This document shows, in pieces, positions 9,027 to 18,494 of a stretch of DNA of 64,000 nucleotides. The notes beneath the pieces were generated by a model. That model was not told the DNA's origin. It saw only the letters and a program-made list of their open reading frames with translations, and did not search any database. The DNA is from Paludibacteraceae bacterium. GTDB lineage: Bacteria; Bacteroidota; Bacteroidia; Bacteroidales; Paludibacteraceae. A program made the position numbers and the translations under genes. Each line of letters begins with the position of its first letter. The first letter of the stretch is position 1. The stretch lies in the NCBI GenBank assembly GCA_017446585.1, contig JAFSQL010000002.1, forward strand, positions 29,084-93,083, read 5' to 3'.

Positions 9027-11123
9027 ATGAAGAGAATAACACTACTGACACTTTTTAGTCTCGTTTTCACATTGACGAGCCTTGCTGCCACCAATACCAT
9101 TCTTGAATCGAAAAGCATCAGTTGCCATGGCATGGCAGACGGAGAACTCACATTCTCCGCTTCCGACCCTGCCGCTGCCGCATCCTACAAATACATGTGG
9201 TACCACGGCGCAGGAACCGACTCTCTGCTCACCAACTACTCCGACAGCAAGAGTTGTCCCGTGGCAAAAATGCTCTCGGCAGGCACTTACCACCTCATAG
9301 TCACCCTCGCTGATTCTACCATTTTGGACAGCACCTACACCCTCAAGCAACCGGATGCCATTTCGCTCGAACCCGTGTCAGTCACACACTGCTCCCATTG
9401 GGGGGCCAACCTCACCGATTGCAACGGAGCCATCAGTTTCACCGTGAGCGGCGGCATCTCTCCCTACTCCTATACTGTCTATGACTCCATCTACCAAATC
9501 ACCTACGCTAACAAAAGCAACCTCACCAACTTAGCGTCAGGCAACTATGACATCAGCGTCATTGACGCCAGCGGATGCACCCATGACACCGTCATCGAAA
9601 TCAAGAATAACGCCAACGGTGACTTGGGACTGCCACAAGGCATCCAATATATATGTTATCGCTCCTCGGGAAGCAATTCCATTTCCCTGCAACTGGATGA
9701 CATTTATTCTGAAACCGTGATGTGGGAAGAAGATGTTGAAAACCAAGAAACCGCCCTCTCCTATGTCCTCACCAAGGAAGCTTCTGAAGCCACGGCAGGC
9801 TACAATGGCAACGATGTCATTCGCACTTATCAGACGAAGTGGAAAACAGTCTCCGTCTATGACTCCATTACCGCCACCAGCCACGACAGCGTCATCTACT
9901 GGGTTGACACCTTCTTGCGCTACATGGCGGTCATTGACAAGAACGACGGCTCTGGCACTCAAATCGTGCTCTCCGCCACAAAGAATCTGTATTCCAAAAA
10001 TCCTCCCAAAGCCATGTTTCTCACGACGGGTCTCGTTCTTGACTCACTCATTGCTGAAGATGCCGCTCGATTCGGAAAAGACGTGTGGGGAAGAATCCCG
10101 TCAACCAAGGAATCAACAGGTTCTAAGACTGCCATGGAACCGGGTCTGCACAAGGTTCGCTACTGGGACAGCAATGGAAACGGCGGACGAAGCAGTTGGA
10201 CCATCATTGCCGCTGAATCGCCCGTGACGCTCAACGTCACGGAGACAAAGGTCAACAAATGCTTCCATGACACCATTGCCGCCATAACTGCCACAGCACA
10301 AGGCAGTTGGCAAGAAGATCCGAGCGCAAAGCATGACATTGCGCTTTCGCTCTCTGCAGTGGCAGGAACGGGGGCATCAATGGCAAAGGTCATCTCTCCA
10401 GGCTCTTCCAATGGCAATGGTTTGAACACAAACTCGTGGTCCAACCTCCCTGCCGGAATATACACCGTCAACGCCTCCATATCATCACCAACCGGCACCG
10501 CAGGTTCCTGCACATGCAGTCGCCAACAAAGCATTGAAATAACGCAACCGGACAGCCTCTATATCGTTTTCACCAACTCCAAGAAGGCTACATGCCCTTA
10601 CAAGAGCGACGCCTTTGTCACTGCCGACGTAGTCAATGCTCAAGGAAAAGTCTCCTACTCTTGGAGTAACGGCAGCACTGCGGCATCGGCGGCGGACATC
10701 ATGATGGGCAGTTACACGTTGACCGCTACCGACCAAAACGGTTGCACCGCTACCGACTCCATCTCATTGGGCGTGTCGCGCAAGAACTGCATCTACAATA
10801 TCGTCACACCTAACGGTGACGGATGCAACGACCTCTTTGACCTCACCGACTTCTGCATGGGATTCAAGATGAAGTGCAACATCTTTGACAACAACGGTCG
10901 AAAAGTGGCAACGTTGGACGAGAACAACTCCACTTGGGACCCACGTGAAGACACCTATGCGCCCCCTACCGGTCAAACCTCCAACTACACGGCATTCATT
11001 CGATTGATTAACACTGACGGCAAACGCATCGCTGACTTGGCGGAGACATTCTCCGTCATCTATGCTGACTACCCGAACCTCTCCACCACCCCTTGCAGCG
11101 AATCCGAATCCCAATGGTTCTAA
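9027..11123 (+). CDS. T9SS type-B C-terminal sorting domain protein with SprB-like repeats (gliding-motility-associated CTD family adhesin)
   Basis: Signal peptide. Cys-containing SprB-type repeats (CHGMADGELTF, CNGAISFTVSGG, ASGCTHD). C-terminal NIVTPNGDGCNDLFDL motif typical of the type-B CTD. Confidence 0.8.
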   Translation: MKRITLLTLFSLVFTLTSLAATNTILESKSISCHGMADGELTFSASDPAAAASYKYMWYHGAGTDSLLTNYSDSKSCPVAKMLSAGTYHLIVTLADSTILDSTYTLKQPDAISLEPVSVTHCSHWGANLTDCNGAISFTVSGGISPYSYTVYDSIYQITYANKSNLTNLASGNYDISVIDASGCTHDTVIEIKNNANGDLGLPQGIQYICYRSSGSNSISLQLDDIYSETVMWEEDVENQETALSYVLTKEASEATAGYNGNDVIRTYQTKWKTVSVYDSITATSHDSVIYWVDTFLRYMAVIDKNDGSGTQIVLSATKNLYSKNPPKAMFLTTGLVLDSLIAEDAARFGKDVWGRIPSTKESTGSKTAMEPGLHKVRYWDSNGNGGRSSWTIIAAESPVTLNVTETKVNKCFHDTIAAITATAQGSWQEDPSAKHDIALSLSAVAGTGASMAKVISPGSSNGNGLNTNSWSNLPAGIYTVNASISSPTGTAGSCTCSRQQSIEITQPDSLYIVFTNSKKATCPYKSDAFVTADVVNAQGKVSYSWSNGSTAASAADIMMGSYTLTATDQNGCTATDSISLGVSRKNCIYNIVTPNGDGCNDLFDLTDFCMGFKMKCNIFDNNGRKVATLDENNSTWDPREDTYAPPTGQTSNYTAFIRLINTDGKRIADLAETFSVIYADYPNLSTTPCSESESQWF

Positions 11124-11167
11124 TCGCTGTGGATTTAACTGAAGACATATAATTATAGCCCATATAA

Positions 11168-12085
11168 TTGATGAAACAATTCGCTATTCTAATCTCGTTT
11201 TTAGTCTTGAGTGTTTCCGTCTCGGCACAACGCATCTGGGGCAATCCCATCGGACCTTACCCCTACTCACCAGCGGGAGCCAACGTCAACGACCTTGGTG
11301 AAATCGTCGCCACCTATCACCGCAACTACGCCTCCGCCAACAACGCCCCTCAAGGAGCCATGCTCATGGGTAGCACCTCACTCCCTTATGACAATATGGG
11401 AGCGGGTTTTCGTTTCGACTACGAGACGGGCGGTGTCCTGAAAAACGTCATGGCAGAAGCCACCTACGTCTATAAAATCAACCTTGGCAGCAACAACAAA
11501 CTCGGCTTGGCAGTGAGTGGTACCTACAACCAAACCTCTATTGACAACTCCGCCCTGAACCCACAACATCACTACGACCCGTTTCTCATCTATGCTGCCG
11601 ATGGAGATCAATGGTTTGACGTGAACGTGGGAGCGTCACTCTACAAGCCCAACCACTACTACTTTGGATTGGGTTTCTACAACCTCGTTGGCAACTCCAC
11701 GACGTGGAAAATCCAAGGGTTCGATGCCCGCACGGCGCGCCAAGGGGTCGTGACAGGCATGTACACCCTGCACACGTTCAATGGTGACTTGAATTGGGAA
11801 GCGACCGGACACCTCATGCTCTACTTTCCACAAGACTCAACGCTCACGCCTGTCTATGACATCAACTTGCGTGCCATTGTGCGTAAGGTGTTCTGGTTAG
11901 GCGGTGGCTACACTAACAACATGGTCAAGGCTCTGGGAGGCATCTACTTCCAAAACTTAGCCGTTGGCTATGCCTGCGGAATCGGCATTGGCGACATCAC
12001 GGACTATACCTATCTTTGTCCGCGTCATGAACTCATGTGCCGATTGGAACTCAACACATCCAAAAAGTCAAAAAACAAACGCTAA
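11168..12085 (+). CDS. PorP/SprF-family type IX secretion membrane protein (putative)
   Basis: Signal peptide, about 300 aa and beta-rich. It sits directly downstream of a type-B CTD gene, the canonical pairing. I did not verify a strong family motif. Confidence 0.6.
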   Translation: MMKQFAILISFLVLSVSVSAQRIWGNPIGPYPYSPAGANVNDLGEIVATYHRNYASANNAPQGAMLMGSTSLPYDNMGAGFRFDYETGGVLKNVMAEATYVYKINLGSNNKLGLAVSGTYNQTSIDNSALNPQHHYDPFLIYAADGDQWFDVNVGASLYKPNHYYFGLGFYNLVGNSTTWKIQGFDARTARQGVVTGMYTLHTFNGDLNWEATGHLMLYFPQDSTLTPVYDINLRAIVRKVFWLGGGYTNNMVKALGGIYFQNLAVGYACGIGIGDITDYTYLCPRHELMCRLELNTSKKSKNKR

Positions 12086-12110
12086 CACCCCTCACTAAAT
12101 TGTCAACCAC

Positions 12111-14039
12111 TTGCGACGACTATTTTTTCTCATAGCATTCCTTTCCGCCTGTCTTTCGCTCCACGCTGAAAAGCCAAGTGCTTTTGAGCGTGTCCGAGCC
12201 CAAGCGGCAGCTGCGGCAGCCGCATCATCCACAACGTTGGGCACATCCTCCCAATCCAATTCCAATGCGCATACCTCCAAATCCAGCACGAGCAAGACTC
12301 CTTCCAAAGCGCAAATAAAACAACAACAAAAGAGGGAAAAGGAACTTCAGGAAAGACAACAAAAAAAAGAAAAAGAATTAGCCAAGAAGCAGGCGGAAAG
12401 AGCCAAAGCACAAGCAGAAAAAGACAAAGCCATCGCCAAGAAACAAGCTGAAAAGAATAAAAACCTTGCCGAACGCGAAAAAGATTTGGCAAAGAAACAA
12501 GCCGAGAAAGACAAAGCGCAGGCGGAACGTGAACACGACCTCGCCAAGAAGCAAGCGGAAAAAGAAAAGGCCGCCGCTGAACGGGAGAAAGACTTGGCAA
12601 AACGACAATCTGAAAAAGAAAAGGAACTTGCCAAAAGGCATGAAGAAAAAGAAAAAGCGTTAGCAAAAAAACAACACGAGAAAGAAAAAGCCCTTGCCAA
12701 GAATATACAAGAGCCCGTTTTTCCGCTTGATACGGTTAGAGAAAAAAAGCGAGCGTATGGCGTTGTGACTAAGGACACTACCCTTCAAAACCTCTATACC
12801 CTCAATAGTCCAATGAACGACTTCATGCCCTATGCTTTCGGCAAGCAACTTATCTTCTCCAGCGACCGCTATCGCGCGCCAGAATTGTTCAGCGAGGAGT
12901 GGAGCGAAAAGACCTACTTTGCGACTCGAAAAGGCAAGAACAATTGGAGCAAACAAAAGATGAACGGCTACAAGTGGTCGTCCGACAACAACACGGCACT
13001 TGTAGGTGTTGACGAACAATACTTCTACTTCTATCGCTCCTTCTGGTTGGACAACGGAGAAATTTATCGAGCATCACGCATCAAGAAAGGTTCAAAAGGG
13101 CGACCTGACAAGAAACGACCTTGGCGCGTAGGGCGACTTCATTACTATAACGACATCAACACGGAGTTTGACGAGACCTCGGTAGCCACGGTTTCGAGCG
13201 ACACGGTCTTCTTCGTTTCCAACCAAGGCGGCAACTACGACATCTACCTTCAAATCCGTGGCAGAATGCCACAACCTGTCCGAAACCTCAACACGTCTCA
13301 TGAGGAGAACGACCTCCATTACCTACCAGCCACACGAACTCTCTACTTTGCGTCCGACCGCCCCGGAGGTGCAGGTGGTTTTGACATCTACCAGACACAT
13401 TTCTATCCTGATGCCACCTGCGATGACCCGACACGCATTGCTGATACCATTGTCAATTCAGCCTATGACGACCGTGATTATCACCCTGTTAGCGATAGCG
13501 TCATCTACTTTGCGTCAAACCGTCCCGGAGGCATCGGCAACTTGGACATCTACGAAATCAACATCACGACATTAGGTGCGGAACCTCTTCCCGAAACGAA
13601 AGAGGACACTGTCGAAACGCTACGTGATGAACTCATTGAGAAACTGAAAGAATTGGGACTTTTCCCATTCAAGGGAGAAGTTCAAGTGGGCGCATACCAA
13701 TACATCAAGTCGTTACGGGCTTTCTACAAACGATTCCCTTGCATCAAGACACAAGACTTAAAGGAAGTTGAAATCGTCGTGGACGGAAAGATTCACGTGC
13801 ATAAATACATCGTCAACCGTGTGTATGACGATGTGTACGAAGCACTTGAGAAACAATACGAAATAGAGCAGATGCACTGCTTGCCCGAGAAGGAATTCAG
13901 CGACATGCCATTTATTGGCTGCTTAGACAGTGAAGGCAACCGATACGCCATCTTCTGGAAGCGAGAGGAGATGGAGTCGCACAACCTCTACTACATTTAC
14001 AAAAACGGGCAAATCGTGTGGAAATCACGCAAGTTCTAA
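12111..14039 (+). CDS. Secreted repeat protein: K/E/A coiled-coil repeats, TolB-like PD40 repeats, SPOR-like C-terminus
   Basis: TTG start with signal peptide MRRLFFLIAFLSACLSLHA. 18-aa LAKKQAEK-type repeats. Two PD40-like motifs, YFASDRPGGAGGFDIY and YFASNRPGGIGNLDIY. No OmpA motif at the C-terminus. Confidence 0.6.
   Translation: MRRLFFLIAFLSACLSLHAEKPSAFERVRAQAAAAAAASSTTLGTSSQSNSNAHTSKSSTSKTPSKAQIKQQQKREKELQERQQKKEKELAKKQAERAKAQAEKDKAIAKKQAEKNKNLAEREKDLAKKQAEKDKAQAEREHDLAKKQAEKEKAAAEREKDLAKRQSEKEKELAKRHEEKEKALAKKQHEKEKALAKNIQEPVFPLDTVREKKRAYGVVTKDTTLQNLYTLNSPMNDFMPYAFGKQLIFSSDRYRAPELFSEEWSEKTYFATRKGKNNWSKQKMNGYKWSSDNNTALVGVDEQYFYFYRSFWLDNGEIYRASRIKKGSKGRPDKKRPWRVGRLHYYNDINTEFDETSVATVSSDTVFFVSNQGGNYDIYLQIRGRMPQPVRNLNTSHEENDLHYLPATRTLYFASDRPGGAGGFDIYQTHFYPDATCDDPTRIADTIVNSAYDDRDYHPVSDSVIYFASNRPGGIGNLDIYEINITTLGAEPLPETKEDTVETLRDELIEKLKELGLFPFKGEVQVGAYQYIKSLRAFYKRFPCIKTQDLKEVEIVVDGKIHVHKYIVNRVYDDVYEALEKQYEIEQMHCLPEKEFSDMPFIGCLDSEGNRYAIFWKREEMESHNLYYIYKNGQIVWKSRKF
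12327..12701 (+). repeat. In-frame tandem repeat, about 54 nt (18 aa) unit, roughly 6-7 imperfect copies
   Basis: ELAKKQAERAKAQAEKDK / AIAKKQAEKNKNLAEREK / DLAKKQAEKDKAQAEREH / DLAKKQAEKEKAAAEREK / DLAKRQSEKEKELAKRHE... Confidence 0.8.
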
Positions 14040-14074
14040 CTGGTGGCAAATGGCAACTGCCGACATTTGACACT

Positions 14075-15397
14075 CTACCAGTCCGTCATGACGACGCCCA
14101 AACCTGTCGAAGCCGAATCCAACGCCAAGACAACACCCTTCAAGGTCGGGTCTGGAACTACTCCCAATACCGATGAAGAAAACATCACCGGTGAAACAGG
14201 CACGGCAACCAACACCGTGTCACCGCTGTCGCTCACTCCATTTTGCATCAGATCCTGAATGTAATATTTCAGTGAGAATGCGTACGAGGAGTCAGACGAG
14301 TTATATACAGCCAGCATCGAATTGACATTGTCCGGAGCAGTGGATGCCTGCGAAAAATAGGAAGGGAACTTTGAAGAACGGAGCAGCAGCAAGTAACTTG
14401 GAACCCCGACTGTCGAAATCTTGTTGGACGCGTTCAGATATAACATGGCGGAATTGACCGACACTTTTTTGCCCGAACTTGTAAAGAAACCTCCTGTCTC
14501 AACACCAAATGTATTTTTGATAGATTCATAAGGAATCGTTACTTGAACAGATGACGACATTGGCGACATGACCAATGCCGATGATGTGTAACTGATTGAA
14601 GACGGAACCTGCGACAGGATATTGACCTGTCGAACGTTATCGTTGGCAGGGAAATCAACAGCATACGAGATAGTCGCTCCCGATGTAGCCTTGTACTTGA
14701 ATGAATAGGACAACGACACGGAACTAACCGTAATCAGTGCGCTTCCGCCCGTCGCTTTCAGATACAAACCGGGAAAGAATGACGTAAACGCATCCGTGCT
14801 CAAAAACGTTGCTTGCGCACTTTCTATCGCTTTGGTGATGTCTTCGGTCAACGTCGCGGGCAACACCACCGAGAACGACATATTCGACTTTGACAACGTC
14901 AACGTCGTGTCAACAAGCGACACTCCGCTCACAAACGACGAAACGTCCATGTCATACGTATAGTTGGTTCTGTAACCCAACTTGCTCGTCATCTTTTGCA
15001 ACTGGAGGTGTAATGTCGTGTCCGTCGCCGTTGACGTGTTTTTAATGTCCGCGAAGGAAATGTTCAAACTAAGTAGCGTGTCCGAAATGTTTGTCACACC
15101 ACCTTCTTGTGGCAACGAAATACCCCCAGGAGCGTCAAACTGCACCAACAAGTCACCATGAGTTTTTCCTATCGTGTCCGCGGTATATTCTCCCAACAAA
15201 AAAGTATCGGTCGAGACCTTGGTTGGAATCGACGTTAGCGTCCGTCCGGAGACAACCGTGCCAAAGAATGCGCTCTCAACGTTGATAGCGTCATGCGTTG
15301 GCTGCAATGTGTTCACAAAATCATCATCGTCGTGGCAAGCGGAAAAAAGCGTTACCACCATCATCGCAATCGAATATAGAGCAATACGAAAATTCAT
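14075..15397 (-). CDS. Hypothetical lipoprotein (possibly DUF4270-like)
   Basis: Lipobox ...VTLFSAC followed by HDDDD. Ser/Thr-rich and beta-rich, 440 aa. The family assignment is from memory only. Confidence 0.5.
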   Translation of the reverse strand: MNFRIALYSIAMMVVTLFSACHDDDDFVNTLQPTHDAINVESAFFGTVVSGRTLTSIPTKVSTDTFLLGEYTADTIGKTHGDLLVQFDAPGGISLPQEGGVTNISDTLLSLNISFADIKNTSTATDTTLHLQLQKMTSKLGYRTNYTYDMDVSSFVSGVSLVDTTLTLSKSNMSFSVVLPATLTEDITKAIESAQATFLSTDAFTSFFPGLYLKATGGSALITVSSVSLSYSFKYKATSGATISYAVDFPANDNVRQVNILSQVPSSISYTSSALVMSPMSSSVQVTIPYESIKNTFGVETGGFFTSSGKKVSVNSAMLYLNASNKISTVGVPSYLLLLRSSKFPSYFSQASTAPDNVNSMLAVYNSSDSSYAFSLKYYIQDLMQNGVSDSGDTVLVAVPVSPVMFSSSVLGVVPDPTLKGVVLALDSASTGLGVVMTDW

Positions 15398-15464
15398 AAC
15401 CTGATTTTAGTCTCGCAAAGATACGCAAAAGCATTGACTTTAATCAGCATAGGACTTAATAATA

Positions 15465-15497
15465 AAAATCCCGCGGAGTTATCCTCCGCGGGATTTT
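15465..15497 (-). terminator. Rho-independent terminator of the pectinesterase gene
   Basis: 14-bp stem AAAATCCCGCGGAG / CTCCGCGGGATTTT with a 5-nt loop. A T-run follows on the minus strand. Confidence 0.8.
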
Positions 15498-15519
15498 CTG
15501 ACAGGACAGAAACTGTCTT

Positions 15520-18330
15520 TTATTTGTTGACAACTGTTGTCACACCATCAATCACATAAATGCCAGCAGGAACATTGGCATTGCTGTCTTCACTAATCTG
15601 TTGTCCGTTCAACGTCCAAACGCCTTTGACGTTCGAGCCCGATGCATTGCCTGCCACCTCATTGACGGCAAGCGTGTTTTGCGAAACACTTGTCGGAGAA
15701 GTGCTACCGAACTCATTCATCGCAGCTACCTCATAGGTGTCGCCGGCGGAGAAGGAACCATCCACATAACTATTGGTAACAGACGTAGCATAATAAACGC
15801 CGTTCTTATAGATGATGTAGCCTACCGCATTGTCAGGAGCCGTCCAAGTCACGGTGCCACCCATCACGACCACGTCATCAATCGAATCCGGAGCAGCGGT
15901 ATAACCAGCACCGTTCCAAGCGTTTCCTGCGCCATAGTTGAAAGCGTTGTCTGAAATAGCGTAACGAATAGCCTCGGCATTGCTCAACTCAGAACTCCAA
16001 TCGACGAATGCAGACGTGTTCATGGCGGTTCCACCAGTTACGGTCAAGTTCTTGTGCGTGTAGATAGCGTCATTGATGGCACCACTCCAATCCGCCCAAC
16101 CCTTGGCTTGAATCATTCCTGACTCAAACTCACAATCAACATACGAGGTGAAGGCTCCCATCTTCCATGGACGACCGAGATAGTATTGCTTACGGCTTCC
16201 GAAACCGGTCGTGTCGCTGTAGTAAGACTTCACATTGTGGAACACGAGACCAAACTCGTATGTCTGACCCGAAGCCGCAGTCATATATTGACCACCGTCA
16301 ACATTGACCATGGCACCGCCTTCCATATAGTTCGTACCGCTACCGAACACATAGTCCGTACCGCCCTCTATGACACAATCTTTAAGATAAGTACGTTGCT
16401 TGTCACTCTTTGGATAGTAGGTATCTTGGAATGACACCATACGAACATTCTTAAGTGCAGCCACATAATTAGCCGACTTCGTCGGGTCAATCATTTCAAG
16501 GGCAACGGCCTGTTTGTTGCCTTCCGTACCGTTTATGTAGTCATAATCATTGCGAACGGTGAAATTCTCGCCATAGAAACCAGTCGCCGCCACAAGCATG
16601 GAGTAGCTGGCGTCAGTTCCCGTGGAAGTGATGCTCGTGTTGTATGTGCCGTTTTGCAACGTGGAGGTTTGGGCGCACTCATTGAACGTGATGATGACCT
16701 CGTCACGGCTTTGACCTATCAGGCTGACATTCTTCTTATAAACTACCAACTTCTCGTGATACGTACCTGGCTTCACGAAAATCACTGTACGTTGCGACTC
16801 GTCCGTGATAGCATCTATTGCGGCTTGGATGGTCGTATAGTCACCGTTTCCACCTGCGTCAACCACCTTGGTCACTGACAACGACGGTTGCGCCTTGGTG
16901 GTCATGGAGAATGAGAGTCCGCCAAAGATATTACCGCACGTGTCTGTCAATGCGGCATTTGGAATCGTTACACTTACCGTTGCATTGTAAGGGACGGCGG
17001 TGTAACTGAGACCCACCACCTTACCATAATTTGACAACACGGCTGGTTCTCCGTTGACCATTGCCGTTTGGGCGTTGACAACAATATCCTCGTCAAAAGT
17101 GAACGTGATGGCATCCGTCGCCTCCACGTCAGTTGCGCCGTCCGACACCTCCTGTGCCACCAGCACTGGAGCGGTAGCGTCACGACTTCCCGTGAGGAAC
17201 GTGAACGTTCTGTCGGTAGCGTTCCATACATTGCCAGTAAGGTCAGCAACTGCATTGGCAGGAATGGTCAAGGTGTTGGTAGCGTCATAGGCAAGACCAT
17301 TGTAAGAGATGGTCAGCACGTTGCCAGATACGGAAGGAGTCACCGTGGCGTATGTCACGCCATTGCCGAAAGTGATAGGATTCGTCTCGTCAAGGGCTAT
17401 GTCTTCGTCAAAGGTCAACTTAATCTTTCTTGCGTCCTCACCAAGGTCTTGGATGTGGATGGTCGAGTTCTCTTCCGGATTGATGCTCGTCAACGTTGGA
17501 GCCGTAGCGTCTTTATCGAAAGTCACGGAGAAAGACGCAGTGTTCGTATTGCCTTCAAGGTCTGCGACAGCACCTGCACCTACTATGAGAGCACCGGTTG
17601 CGGCAAAGCCCGAATAGCTTACGTAGAGACGGTTGCCCGCTGCTTTCACCTCTGTTACGGAAGCACCCGTAGCGGCTGCGAACGAAACAGCCGATGCGTT
17701 TGCCACTGTCACGACTTCATTGCATGTCAACTCAATAGTACCCGAACCGTCAATAGAGGCATTCTCCGCTGGTGAACTGGACAACACGACAGGATTAACA
17801 TCCGTCGCATTGCCGTCCGTGAACGAAAAACCGTAGAGATACGTCCCTTGCTGCGTCGTCAAGCGAATATAAAGCGCAGGCAGACTGGCGATAGAAGTGA
17901 CACCGTTCAGTTTTGTTGACGCCAAATGAGCGGCGGCATTGCCAGCCAAAGTCATCGTGTCAAAAGTCACCCACGTGGCATTATCCGTCGAATAGGCAAG
18001 CGTGTTCAAAGAAGGATTTCCGGAACTGCCGTTTTGGACTGCAATTTTCATCCCTCCCAACGACGTGATGCCAGTGTTGGACAAGTTAAACGTGAACGAT
18101 TTGGCACGCGGTGCGAACGTGTAAGCAATGGCGTCTATCGTCTTGCTACGAGCCGTCGACTTGTCGTTCGTCGGAATGGTGACGACACCGTCTGCCGAAG
18201 TCCAATTGGCTTGTCCCTGCGTTGGCGCATTCGAGCCATCGGTAGCAAACACATAACTGTAGTCCGCCGCCGAAAGGCCCATGCAACTCAAAAGCAACGA
18301 CGAAACCACGAATAATAACCGTTTTTTCAT
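15520..18330 (-). CDS. Pectinesterase (CE8) with N-terminal Ig-like repeats and a T9SS type-A C-terminal sorting domain
   Basis: CE8 motifs QAVAL, QDTYYP, GGTDYVFG and YYLGRPW. C-terminal tail ...VWTLNGQQI...PAGIYVIDGVTTVVNK resembles Por_Secre_tail. Signal peptide present. Confidence 0.85.
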   Translation of the reverse strand: MKKRLLFVVSSLLLSCMGLSAADYSYVFATDGSNAPTQGQANWTSADGVVTIPTNDKSTARSKTIDAIAYTFAPRAKSFTFNLSNTGITSLGGMKIAVQNGSSGNPSLNTLAYSTDNATWVTFDTMTLAGNAAAHLASTKLNGVTSIASLPALYIRLTTQQGTYLYGFSFTDGNATDVNPVVLSSSPAENASIDGSGTIELTCNEVVTVANASAVSFAAATGASVTEVKAAGNRLYVSYSGFAATGALIVGAGAVADLEGNTNTASFSVTFDKDATAPTLTSINPEENSTIHIQDLGEDARKIKLTFDEDIALDETNPITFGNGVTYATVTPSVSGNVLTISYNGLAYDATNTLTIPANAVADLTGNVWNATDRTFTFLTGSRDATAPVLVAQEVSDGATDVEATDAITFTFDEDIVVNAQTAMVNGEPAVLSNYGKVVGLSYTAVPYNATVSVTIPNAALTDTCGNIFGGLSFSMTTKAQPSLSVTKVVDAGGNGDYTTIQAAIDAITDESQRTVIFVKPGTYHEKLVVYKKNVSLIGQSRDEVIITFNECAQTSTLQNGTYNTSITSTGTDASYSMLVAATGFYGENFTVRNDYDYINGTEGNKQAVALEMIDPTKSANYVAALKNVRMVSFQDTYYPKSDKQRTYLKDCVIEGGTDYVFGSGTNYMEGGAMVNVDGGQYMTAASGQTYEFGLVFHNVKSYYSDTTGFGSRKQYYLGRPWKMGAFTSYVDCEFESGMIQAKGWADWSGAINDAIYTHKNLTVTGGTAMNTSAFVDWSSELSNAEAIRYAISDNAFNYGAGNAWNGAGYTAAPDSIDDVVVMGGTVTWTAPDNAVGYIIYKNGVYYATSVTNSYVDGSFSAGDTYEVAAMNEFGSTSPTSVSQNTLAVNEVAGNASGSNVKGVWTLNGQQISEDSNANVPAGIYVIDGVTTVVNK

Positions 18331-18467
18331 GTGTGATTAGATTTATAATTAGTTGTATATATTTTTGTCCGCAAATATTCTTTCCGATTCTGACTTTTTT
18401 GGGCGAAAGTTACGTACTTTTCCGTTTATACATTAATTGTTAGAGCAAAAAAAACGTCCATAATTGA

Positions 18468-18475
18468 TATTTTTG
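18468..18475 (+). promoter_or_regulatory. -7 promoter box (TAttTTTG) upstream of the S9 peptidase gene
   Basis: TAnnTTTG match 19 nt upstream of ATG 18495. Confidence 0.45.
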
Positions 18476-18494
18476 CAATCAAAAACTCGTAGTC

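Noticed and set aside
12130-12778. Minus-strand ORFs of 178, 143 and 87 aa across the K/E/A repeat
   Set aside because: They are antisense products of the low-complexity repeat (F/L/S-rich strings). The plus-strand frame continues into the PD40 repeats and has a signal peptide.
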